In this document: positions 24,599 through 35,760 of the stretch, in pieces | How the letters are laid out: the number at the start of each line of letters is the position of its first letter | Numbering within the stretch: the stretch's first letter is position 1 | From: Balanoglossus misakiensis | Taxonomy: Eukaryota > Animalia > Hemichordata | Reading direction: 5' to 3' | Length of the DNA stretch: 64,000 nucleotides | NCBI GenBank assembly: GCA_040954595.2 | Contig: CM082586.2 | Location: 12,398,314 to 12,462,313, forward strand | The notes under the pieces: generated by a model | The model's input: the letters and a program-made list of their open reading frames with translations, nothing else | Database searches by the model: none | Told to the model about the DNA's origin: nothing | Position numbers and translations under genes: made by a program

Positions 24599-27205
24599 CA
24601 TCAATCAATCAGTCAATCAAAAGGACTTATAGAGCACCAAACTCCACTGCAATAGTGTTCAATAGCGCTTTACAATGTAAAGTTACTGTTAATAGGCTCT
24701 GTTAAACAGATAAGTCTTGATGTGTTTCTTGAAACTGTCAAGGCTAGGTGACTGGCATACTTCTATTGGGACATTGTTCCAAATGAGTGGGGCGATATAC
24801 GAAAAAGCACGATCGCCGTACGTTTTCTTCTTACTCCATGGTACATGAAGTAGAAATTTGTCATTTGAACGAAGAAGTCTTGTTGAAGTTTTCAGATGGA
24901 TTAAGTCAGTGATGTAAGCTGGTGCTGTGTTGTTTAATGCCTTATATGTCATAAGCAAGATCTTGTATTGGATTCTATAGTGTACAGGCAGCCAATGTAA
25001 ATCCATGAGAACAGGAGTAATATGATCCGTTTTACGGGTACGAGAAACGATCCTGGCTGCAGAATTCAGGGCATGCTGTAGCGGTTGAATGCATGATGAT
25101 GGTAAACCACAGAGTAGTGCATTACAGTAGTCCAGTTTTGATGTGATTAGAGCATGAACCAGCATCTGGCAAACTTCCTTAGTGAGGTAACGGCGAATGT
25201 GGCTGATTTGACGCAGATGGAAGAAAATTGACTTGCAAATTGCATTAATGTGCTTATTGAAAGTGTAATTGTCGTCGAATGTCACACCTATATTCCGTGC
25301 AGAATTCACAATTTGAACACAACATGATCCAATGCTCATGTGGTTTATGGGACGAGGCGAGCGGTTGAACTGAGACCTTATCAGGAGTACCTCGGGTTTG
25401 CCACCATTGAGTTGAAGTTTATTATGTGTCATCCAGGTTTTTATTTCGTGAACTGCCCTTTCCATCTTGTCGTTGTCGTTGTTGACTTTAGTAAGTGCTG
25501 TTTCGGTACTGTGATCCTTTCGGTACGCTGACTGCAGTGGTTCTTGTAGTGAGTTGGTAGTCAAATATGATGTCAGTTGTTGTGCTACAATCTTCCCGAT
25601 TACTTTTGACAGGAAGGTTAGGTTTGAAACAGGTCTATAGTTCTTGAAAATGTTTTTGTCGAGCGAAGGTTTCTTGAGTACATTGGTGTGATGACTGCTA
25701 TTTTAAGTTATTCAGGAACAGTTCCAGTTTTGAGTGACAAATTGATAATTGTGGCTATGATAGTGAGCAGATTACCAAGACATTGCTTAACAAGTGCTGT
25801 AGGGATGAGATCAAGTACACGTGTTTTAGATGGAGAGCCAGAGATAACTTTTCTGATTTCTTCGTCTTTAGCTGTGTGGAATTCAGGAAGTGTTGATGAG
25901 ACTGCTGGGTGCAGAAATTGGTAATCTTTTGAAGTAGGGTTTACCATGTCAAGGCTGGAACGGATAGACGTGATTTTAGTGATGAAATATATACTGAATG
26001 AATCTGCTAAGTCTATTTTCGCAGTATGGTCAGGTAGAGTCTTTTCTTGTTGCTTGCCAGCCATGGTTGATATGATTTGAAATAGTGACTTCTGGTTACC
26101 ATACTTTTCCTCAATTAGATGTGAGAAGTATGACTTTTTGGCAGCTCTGATTAAGTGATTGACATTTCTGCACTCATGTTGATATATCTCACAATGAATC
26201 TCCAGCTTAGTTTTTCGCCACAGATGTTCAGCCTTCCGTCTATTCTTTTTTGCAATGTCGATTTCATGAGTATACCATTTGGTACCTGGACGTATGATCA
26301 CTGTACGCTTTTGAAGTGGTGCGTGGGCTTGAAGAACTTCACTGACGTGTTGGTTATAAGCTGATATGGCTGAGGAGAGGTCATTTGGAGGCTAGGACAT
26401 TTGATGTATTTTGTCGAGATCATGGCTGAAACTATCAATTGAAATGGCAGATACGACGATAAGATATTTGACGTCTACTGTGTGTTGGTTTCGGAAGAGC
26501 AAGTTTTGCATTGACAGGATTGTGATCAGAGAGTTCCAAGCAGTCTACAGAGACACTCTTGATGTTAGACGCAGAGTTAGATAAGATGAGATCAAGAGTA
26601 TGACCCTTTCTGTGTGTTGGTTGTTGGACCCATTGTTTCAGATTACAGGCGCTGATGATTCCATTGAATTTCTGTGTTACTGGATTCTTATCATCTTCTA
26701 GGTGAATATTGAAATCTCCTACGATGAAGAGATTACTTGAGCAGGTGACATACTTCTCAAGTGTTGTACTGAACTCTTCCATGAACTGTGGTGCGGTGAA
26801 TTTATTCTTAACTGATGGTGGTGGACGGTAGACAAGAATTATTTTCATGGAAAGTTTCTGGTGAAGAATAGTTGCTTCCGCTGTCTCAAAAGATTTAACA
26901 GAGAGAATAGGCTTCCAAGCTGTTAATTTTAGTGCTAGCTTATGAATTTAAGCTAAGTCTTCACCGATCTTGCCAACCCCAGGTAGATGTTTGACAGCAT
27001 AGCCTGGTGGTGTACATTCAGCCATTACGTGTTCGTCACCAGATTCCTTCAACCATGTTTCAGTGAGTACAAGAATATCAATGTCTTTATCTGTGATGTA
27101 GTCTGCAATGTCTAATGATTTGCATCTAGCTGAGCGGACATTCCATGTAGAGAGTAGAAGTTCACACGTATTTTGGATAGGGTGGATCTTGAATACTGCA
27201 TAGTT
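24599..27205 (-). mobile_element. L2-clade LINE ORF2 remnant: AP endonuclease plus RT with the catalytic core deleted
   Basis: Endonuclease motifs WNVRS, LTETWL, VYRPP, GDFNIH, PTH..GHTLDLI and SDH. The RT N-terminus [14 protein letters not shown] is joined directly to [14 protein letters not shown], so the QG and YADD motifs are missing. Frameshifts and a (TTGA)n tail are present. Confidence 0.92.
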
Positions 27206-27671
27206 ACTCTTCAATAGATATTTAGTGACTCGCTAACTGTTGCGATTCGTGTGTGTGTAATTTACGTACTTCAAGTTAAATATCGCAACTAGCCGTAATG
27301 TTTGACTAGGGGGAGCACCTATACTAATGCGAGAACCAGGGATTGAAAGTTGCACCTGTATTTTGATCCCTTAGTTACCCTTATAAGTACATTTGTAGTC
27401 TAATAACCATAGCTCTATTGCAAACCATTCTTTCCGTAGTTTCTTGTTTCAAATATTGTAATCTGAATTTATTTTGATGTTTAACAGGTGTGATTATCTG
27501 TATTTGCGGCCATTTTGAAAAAAATTGGTTGCCATGGAAACTCTTCAACAGATATTTAGTGACCGGACGCGCAGTGTTTCCGGTTTATGTTCTGCACGTA
27601 CATCCTTGATGAAGTTTGCTGGCTAGATGGCTCCTAAACCTCCCTAATATTTGACGTCTTCACTCCTACAG

Positions 27672-29807
27672 GACTGCGCAGCTGGAAGTTAAAGTTCAGC
27701 ATGTTCTGAAGCATGCACGCTGTGTCCAGGGGTTTCATGTGTGGAACAGCCAGCCTCTCATCACCAACATAATGCGGACTGGGATATTTTGCCAACAATG
27801 GAAGTATACACTGTACGCCTTGTCCTGCCCCGGGTATAAGTGCCAATATGATGGTATGTCGGAGCCAGAGGTGTGTGAAGATGGATACTACACTAATATA
27901 GATGATGAGTCAGCACTTAAAGTTTGGGCATTACTGAGTAATCTTTCACTTAAGGCGGATGATCATCTTATGTGCATGTCCGTAATTCTGTGCGTACAAA
28001 CATTACGTCCAGTCCAAATATTCTGCCAATTTTACATCCAATGCATTCAAATAGTGGACTGCTTCGCTTTTATCCAGTTTTCATGTGCATCGTATAAGTA
28101 GACTATTGTTTTGTCCCGTCTTTTCACCAAATTTGCTCTTTTCCAAATCTCCGACACAGACTATGATCGTCAAGATCTTGTCTGTTGTTAGAACAGCACA
28201 CTGCCGTATGGCATTGACTGTATACAGTTTCTGTTACCAATATCTCTGGTTTGGCATTTTCCTGTCCTCGAAATCAATCCAGAGATTTTTGTCTCCCCAA
28301 CCCGCGTGAGAATCCCACGTCTTTGAAGGTATGACTGTGACTATAAGATTCTATAAATCTCTGTTTATTTTCAGCACAAATATCATGTGCTGATTGCCCA
28401 GCTGGTAACCAATGTCCAAATGGTAACACTGTGATTTTATGCTCGGCTGGTTATTACAGTTCGGCTTTGGACAAAGGATGTCTCGCTGTACCTCTTGCAT
28501 AACAGGTAAACTTCTACCCACCCACCTTTATTTCCAACATCAAACATTAGGTCAGGTAATTTACTAACTGAAAAATAGGATGGGAACATTTTCTATTTCT
28601 GTATTTAAAATTTACTGATATAATATATGAATAAAAAAATGACAATTTTTCCAAATTTGAATAGACCTCTATTTATGAAAATAATTAAAATTTGCACCAA
28701 ATTTTTACAGTGGTATTCAAAGGTTAACTTGGTGTGTAAATTCTCTGTTTTATTTACAGATCAGCTGGTGCTGAACATTGTACTATTTGTGAGCAAGGGT
28801 ACGCCTGCACAGATCAGTGTACATCGCAATTCAAGTGTACCAAGGGTTACGTGTCATTGGCTGGTGCAACAAACTGTACCATATGTACAAATGGTAAGAT
28901 TGTGGTACTTGTTCAGTTTGCTGTGTGATGAAACTGAGGGGTATGTGTGTATGCATGTATGTGTTTACAACAGATTTTTAAGTCAGTGCGACTGGGGGTA
29001 TGTGTGTGTGTGTGTGTATGTATGTATGTGTTTACAACAGATTATCAACTCAGTGCGAGATCTTGCGAGACCCGGTTAGCCATGTGAGATCTCGCAGAGT
29101 CTTATGATATTCAGAAAATGGTTGATTAGAAATGACGTTTAATGTCCTCCAAAGAATTTTCTACATGCCTGTATACTTGTCTCAGAATTATGAAGTGAAT
29201 CATCTCAAGTAATTTGTTATTTTAAATGACACTGTATCACAAATGCATCACTAAAAACCTCATTTTCTTTAATCAGATGAAATAAGTGAGGAGCCTGCAC
29301 GCACATCCTGTCTTCTGTGCCCTGCTGGACAATCGTGTTCAGATCCAATGTAAGATCCGCTCGACTGTGGCAATGGTGAATATGCTATGGAAGGCGACGG
29401 CACATGCACGCCTTGTCCAGCGGGATCCAAGTGTCCAACCATGTCACCCGTAGTGGATTGTTCAACAGTTACTGGTAAGTTGGGCTGCAAATCACTCTTG
29501 TGACTTCCCTGTGTTATAGCATGGCATACACAGAAAATTAAACTGTTATGCTCATTGGAGTTGATATTGTGATGCACTTTGAAAAACACAATGATTCCAC
29601 TGAAGAGGTATTGTACAGTAAAACCTGTGATTACGGACATCTCTCTAATAAGGGATCGTTGGACCAAACCATGGTGGTAAACATCGTTCTTTGATTTTTT
29701 TCTGTGATAGGTTCATACTCGCATGGTTCGGCCACGTCCTTCTGGTTATGAATGCACAACTACAAGTGTCACACAGTGAGCTACAGGGCAGTAAAGTGCT
29801 GAAGGAG
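27672..29807 (+). pseudogene. GCC2/GCC3-like Cys-rich exons, copy B (five exons; the sixth is deleted)
   Basis: Exons at 27672-27904 (donor GT>AT), 28375-28505, 28760-28893, 29277-29474 and 29711-29807, with the same TAA stops as copy A. Confidence 0.8.
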
Positions 29808-30625
29808 GTAAGTCTTGAAATCCCTTTTCTTCTTGTCTCGATTTGAACATGGTTCCACAAGTTGTTTACATCACTTGTAGTTTTACATATTTGTTGAGTT
29901 CAACAGCTAGCTATACATGGTGTCCTGAGAAGTCAACCAGTATGAGAAGTCGGTCTCGGTCAGTACGAGAAGTCGGCCTCTGGGAGAGAACCCTGGTACT
30001 TTGTGTTATATATAACTGTTACACTACGAAATGTTTCTTTGATGTACAGGAGCTGAGATATATGTACAAATAGCCGATGAATTTTAAAACTGTCTGTTCA
30101 CTTTTCATGTACGTCACCGGGGTACGTCAACATCAGTCACCTGCACTTCTTGAGCTGCGCCAGTAGTCTGTTCCTCGTCACGTTTGTTTGTTTGTTTGTT
30201 TGTTTGTTTGGTGTTGTCTCAGAAAGTATGAATATACACATACATCTTCTATGTATTTTAGTAGGCTTTGAAACAACTCCCTTTAATCAGAAATGTCACA
30301 GGAATTTGGCGAACAACCTAAGCTCCTTACGCGGATACGGGGCTGGGGAACCGGTACGGATGCCAGACGCCATTATTTGAAATAACGCCATTGTATTGTC
30401 AAGAATTTGGGAAATCCGTCCAAATGAAAATATTTAGTGCAATTATATTTTATTAAGTGTTGTTATAAGTAATCTGGGTCATTACTGCACTATTCGGGTA
30501 CAAGTTCAACAACTGGCCGACTTCTCATGCGCGCGTACTGGCCGACTTCTAATCTGGCCGACTTCTCATGTATTCCTATTCATTAGTGAAAATTGGGGAA
30601 ACTGGTGTTTTCAGACAACTTATGA

Positions 30626-33600
30626 AGTCCTTGTCTCAATGGAGGTACCTGCCAACAACAGGTAAATTCTTGTACTGCCACAATTTGCATGTGCACAGAG
30701 TGTTACTAGGGAACCAGGTGTGAGACAACTAAGTTTGAATCTGTAGCAGTTAATAATGATAATTATCATTTTTTTATTATGATTTAAACTTCACTGATGT
30801 TGTACAAACACAAAAATAGAAAGGGATAGCAGCTTAGCTCTATTCCGTTTCGAAAGTTTTTGTTCTTTTAAACTACCTGTGCATTTTTTTTATTTATTCT
30901 GATTATGCTAATATGCTAATTTGTCGGTTTGTCACATCACAATTTTTGTAGGAAACTCACCCCTGGGAATTTTTTTCAGCCACTTACATACATTCATAAT
31001 CACATGACATTGATGATCATGGAAAATTTGACCCTTTTCCTTGTAGGACTCAACCAGTGTCAACCAAATCCGTGCCAGAATGGTGGCTTCTGTCAACCGG
31101 CTCGAAATTCCTGCTTTGATCTCACCTGCATATGTACTGGTTGCTACAAATGTGATAGGTGTGAGATATGTAAGTATACAGCGCAGTCTCTTTTACCTTT
31201 TGTCTCTGATGCATTCAAATACTGCAAGTTTCCTGAGCATAGGTGTAGCCATCACCACAGCAGAGCTTGGAGAGTTCTTGACATCGAATGCAAGATTACA
31301 CTCTTCCCAATCAAAATCACTTTCGTGGCGCATAATGTCTTGATTGTCTTGGTTCAAGAAACATTATGTGCGACTGGCCAATTCTACTGCCTTTTGTCAA
31401 CACACATCCACTATGGAAATTCTCACTCCAGGCCAGATAGTGTAAATTTACATATGAGTCTACAGGTGTGCTTGAAGTCAAGTCAAGCATTTGCAAGGAA
31501 CCCTCCTCCAGTACACAGGTCTTTGATTTCATGAAGGGAAGCCCTTGCCTCACAGTCACTGCCACATGATCTATGGAGGTGTGAACAACTTGATACCAGC
31601 CTAATATAAGTTGTAGGCACAATCACTCCACACACCCTTGCCATAATTCTGCAGGTTTTTTTGCCATATCTGTACTGTAGAATGAGTAGCAAGGAATAAA
31701 ATGGCGTCCTTTCTTAATTTCCGGTGCAAAACCCCTGTGATCCCAACCCATGTATGAATGGTGGATTTTGCCAGCAAACATCGTGCAATTTCTATTCATG
31801 CCAGTGTGTGAACTCTTACACAGGTGACATCTGTCAAACTATAGACCCTAGAGAAAGAAGGACGAGCAACTGAGGCAAAGATCAAAGGGTTTGGGGATTA
31901 TCTGTATGATGATGTTTTTTTGCATATAATTAACACCCAGGACAGTTGGACAATGACTTCCTTACTTCGGCACGTGTCGACCCCACCAGTGATGCGAAAC
32001 TTGCCACCAAACTAGCACTCCTGCATTTCAGCAGCCACTGCGTTTTTTTCTAAAATTCTAAACGTATTACGATGTCTGTGCTAATTATTATGGTTTGGTG
32101 TTCGTCTGTCGGTTGAACGGTCATTTCTAGTGCCGCAAGCTTCATTTAAAAGTTGTAAACAAATCATCCATGTTTTTTGCATGTCCGACTGGGCACTCAT
32201 ATTTCTTGGTAACGCTGACACTTTTCGTAATAATTTTATGTTTGCGTGAATTATTGAAATAAAAATTGTGGTTTAGGGGCATTTTATTTCGCAGTGCGTG
32301 AACAATAAAACAGATTTCACGAAAACAATTTGTAAACAAACTGGGTGGATTTTCATGTGTGCGCTATGGCCGCCAGGCAACCCTCGGTACGGTTAGCCTT
32401 GTGAAATACCCGGACTGTTAGACAAAAGATGCTTGTTTTGGACGCTGTCAGACTCAGAGGTGCCAAATTCCTGTTTAACTTGTCCAGATGTGTTCCATAA
32501 ATGATCGCTGCGTTCAACCACGTTGCAGTTTTCTCGTCTCCTGCGAGATGTTCTGAGGTGTTGTGATAACTTCACGCAAAACACGAGACTTTGCGTTAGT
32601 TTATACACAGTTTATTTGCAAATTGGATTATTGAGATTTATCTGGAAATAATGTATGCAAAAGAACATCATTTCAAGAAAAAACTGGAGTTGCGCTTCCT
32701 TCTTTCTCTAGGGTCCATGGTCAAACAAGTGAGTATATACTTTCAAGACACCCTGCAAACAAACAAGCAATCTTCATTTCGTATATCTTTTAAGCTTATT
32801 TATACATTGTAAATTTTGATGTGAAACTTCAAATTTTATTGGTCTTGTTGCCAAACTTCTGAAGAAATGAGGATATTGTTTTGAAGGGTATTTTATCAGT
32901 AGATAACAAATACCATGGCCCTCCATGCAAATACCCACATGGTAAATTAAAACTGTTACAGATGTATTTGATTTCCACATATTGATTACATGTGGGATAA
33001 TATTGGGTGCTGGCAGTTTCAGTAAATGAACTGCTCTTAAACGTTGGGCGTCAGGGCACCCTTGATTTTGCCTGTTCCAAGCTAGAATGGTCTGTCCATA
33101 TGAATATTTGTTCAGCAAGTTACAACCAATCTTTTAAGTTTGGAATGAAAAAATAGTGAAATGACTTGTGATGATAATATGCAATTGTTTGTTGATTTAC
33201 ATGCAACCTCCAGGACTCGATCAATGTTCTCCCAATCCGTGCATGAACAACGGTATCTGTGAGCCAATCAGTGGATCGTGCAGTGCGTTTACCTGTCGCT
33301 GTCAAGGCTGTTTCATTGGAATCACCTGTGACCAAGGTAAATTTATCAGACGAGGAACTGTTTTTCCCCCCTCATACCGGTATATTTGTCATAGCTGGCA
33401 GCTATGAAATAACCTGTATATTTAGGATGTGACAAACCAAATAGGCACTTTCAGGAATTGAGTCTTTTTTCAATTACCAAAGTCCTAAACTCCCAAAAGT
33501 ATAATAAGTAATTCTTATTGTTCAGTTATACATTAAGGAGGCTTAGTTATAGAAGAACCCGATAGAACCACAGCTGTAGGAATTAAGGAAATGGTCATAC

Positions 33601-35648
33601 CCTAAAAACTTATGTCACTACTATTTGTTTTTCATTCCATTGAAACAGAACAAACTTCATGTAGGCCAATTCCATGCCTGAACAATGGGCAGTGTACTCG
33701 GCTGTCATGTACAACTTTTGCGGCTGTATATAATGCAGTGGCCAACTCCGCATATACATGTGCCTGTACTGGTTGCTATGAGGGTAACCGTTGTGAAATA
33801 TGTAAGTTTCTGACGTACCCTAAAGACAATTTTTGGGCACTTTCTCTTCATGGCAATTGAATTGTGTGGTAACTTCTCATTTCTAAAATTTCCCCAAGAG
33901 AAAAGAAAGGAAAAGAAAACAAAAATTTCATTTGTATGTCCGTGCAATTTAGGACAGGCACGAACTTGTGAGAAAGTGTACGAAGCTGGGTGTTTTTATC
34001 ACTCAAATATACAAGAGTTGCCTCTTGAAGACTAGTGTCTGTAGAGATAATTGTGCATGTGAGGTAATCTCTCCTAAGGTGGTCCACACATCTGAGTATT
34101 AAGTAAAAGAGACGTCCTTAATTATCCTTACTATTTGGCTTGAAAAATCAATCTTACTAGGTGTTCTGATTAGAGAGGTGTCCATAAAGACAGGTTTTAC
34201 TGTATTACCCAAAAATAGAGACATTGTCCCTTCATCATATACTTAATGCGTGTTCTGGGTATGGTTCCAGTATAATCAAAGGATTTTGTTGTGGTGCAGG
34301 AATCATCTTTAGTTGAGGTGTAGCCATCTGCATTTCATGTTTTTTAAACCATTTTTTTCTGATAGTCATTAACCCATGTGATCAGAATCCGTGTCAAAAT
34401 GGAGGCTATTGTTCCCAAACACCAAATTCTTATACTGACTACACCTGTTACTGCCAGTAGTGTTGGACTGGGGCCATCTGTGCCGTAGGTGTGTCGAATT
34501 CAACTGTTTTATGACACAGCGTGGTATATAAACCCTCATTTTTGGTATTCTCAATGTGATAGATGGACCCATACACCAATAAATGGGGTGGAAGCATTAC
34601 AAAGTTTCATCCTTTCAAAATTTGCTGATGTAGGGTCAAAATTGAGTGTGAGGTGCACGTTAAAAAGGAAAGCCTTCTGTATCATGTTGATGGCACATTT
34701 TTTAATTTTTCAAGATTCTTACAGAAAAATCCTAGCAGCATTATGTTATTTTAAATGTACAGGTTTGAAACAAGGAATGAAGACATTGCTCACATATATA
34801 ATTTAAACAAAATGAACATCACAAGTACATGTACAAGTTTTTGACAAGCAGGTCATTGATACTTTCATTTTTGTTTTGGCAGCCATTGATCAGTTATACT
34901 CTATGCCTTGTCAAAATGTGGTGGCACATGCGTTGCGTGAGACGGCTGTTTCCTGTTTGACTGTATGTGTACCGAATGCTTCACTGGTGCCACATGTACA
35001 ATGCGTAAGTACAAACCAATATTATTTTATTCAATGCAAAACACTTGTTATGTATTATATAATATAAATACGGTACACATATTAAAGCCCTGGTAACTCA
35101 AACTTTGGGCTAGCTTAATGTTATCACTATTTTTGTTTTCGGTTGCAACTGTGGTTTCTTGTCACACTCTAAAGGATTTGACAGCATTTGGTTTTTCAAA
35201 ACAGCCCTTTGGTTGTTGTCAGGTATACATGTACATGACTGTGGAGTGTAGTTTGCAGATTCTGTAATTTTGACAATATCTTGACTGCACTGTTCCAGTG
35301 ATTTTCTGTAGATTTTAACTCCTGCTTTTTCAAAATAATGTTCAGAAGTTCTCAACTTTCTCAACAACCCATACAGGAAACCGGCAATGGTGTGGATGTT
35401 CACATCCCATCTAATTTGAGGGGCCTTTATCAGTGAATTTGTGTGTCTGTGTGCTTCAGTGCTTTGAGCCTATAGTGATGTTTTCCTGCTCAATATTCTT
35501 TCTTTTTGTCTATACAGGAATCAACCAGACAACCAGTGTGTACCCTCTCCTTGCCTAAACAGTGGAATTTGCTCGCAAGTACCGGGTTCCTGTACACAGT
35601 TTACATGTTATTGTTTCAACTGCTATACTGGTGACACATGCACTGACC
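30626..35648 (+). pseudogene. Array of 8-Cys EGF-like exons (copy B)
   Basis: 30626-30728 (5'-deleted, TAG, donor lost), 31047-31169 (open), ~31725-31839 (acceptor AG>GG, MITE), 33214-33336 (intact LDQCSPNPCMNNGICEPISGSCSAFTCRCQGCFIGITCDQ), 33649-33801 (fusion exon), 34366-34488 (TAG), 34883-35004 (fs), 35518-35648 (8-bp duplication, donor GT>AT). Confidence 0.9.
31840..32719. mobile_element. P-like non-autonomous element, copy B
   Basis: Same TIRs; TSD GTCAAAC at 31833-31839 and 32720-32726. Confidence 0.8.
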
Positions 35649-35704
35649 ATAAGCCTATAACCCCATTTTCTACGGTTTTCTGTAATATTTTAACATTTAT
35701 TATT

Positions 35705-35760
35705 AGAGAGTGATGCAGAGAGAGAATGGGATGGAGAATGAGGGGGAGGAGAAGAGAGAG
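35705..35760 (+). repeat. Purine-rich (GA) linker between the pseudogene and SatA
   Basis: AGAGAGTGATGCAGAGAGAGAATGGGATGGAGAATGAGGGGGAGGAGAAGAGAGAG. Confidence 0.8.

Larger units (their letters stand above)
19436..35704 (+). repeat. Segmental duplication copy B, ending at a purine-rich tract and SatA
   Basis: Collinear with copy A apart from reciprocal indels. 35291-35704 is absent from A but continues the same EGF exon series. Confidence 0.95.

Noticed and set aside
24689-27214. Telomere-maintaining or active retrotransposon
   Set aside because: It is an ordinary L2 remnant with frameshifts and no RT catalytic core, lying 33 kb from the telomere and not inserted in TTAGGG.
30929-31534. 201-aa ORF as a standalone gene
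   Set aside because: It is one 123-bp EGF exon read through into flanking intron sequence.
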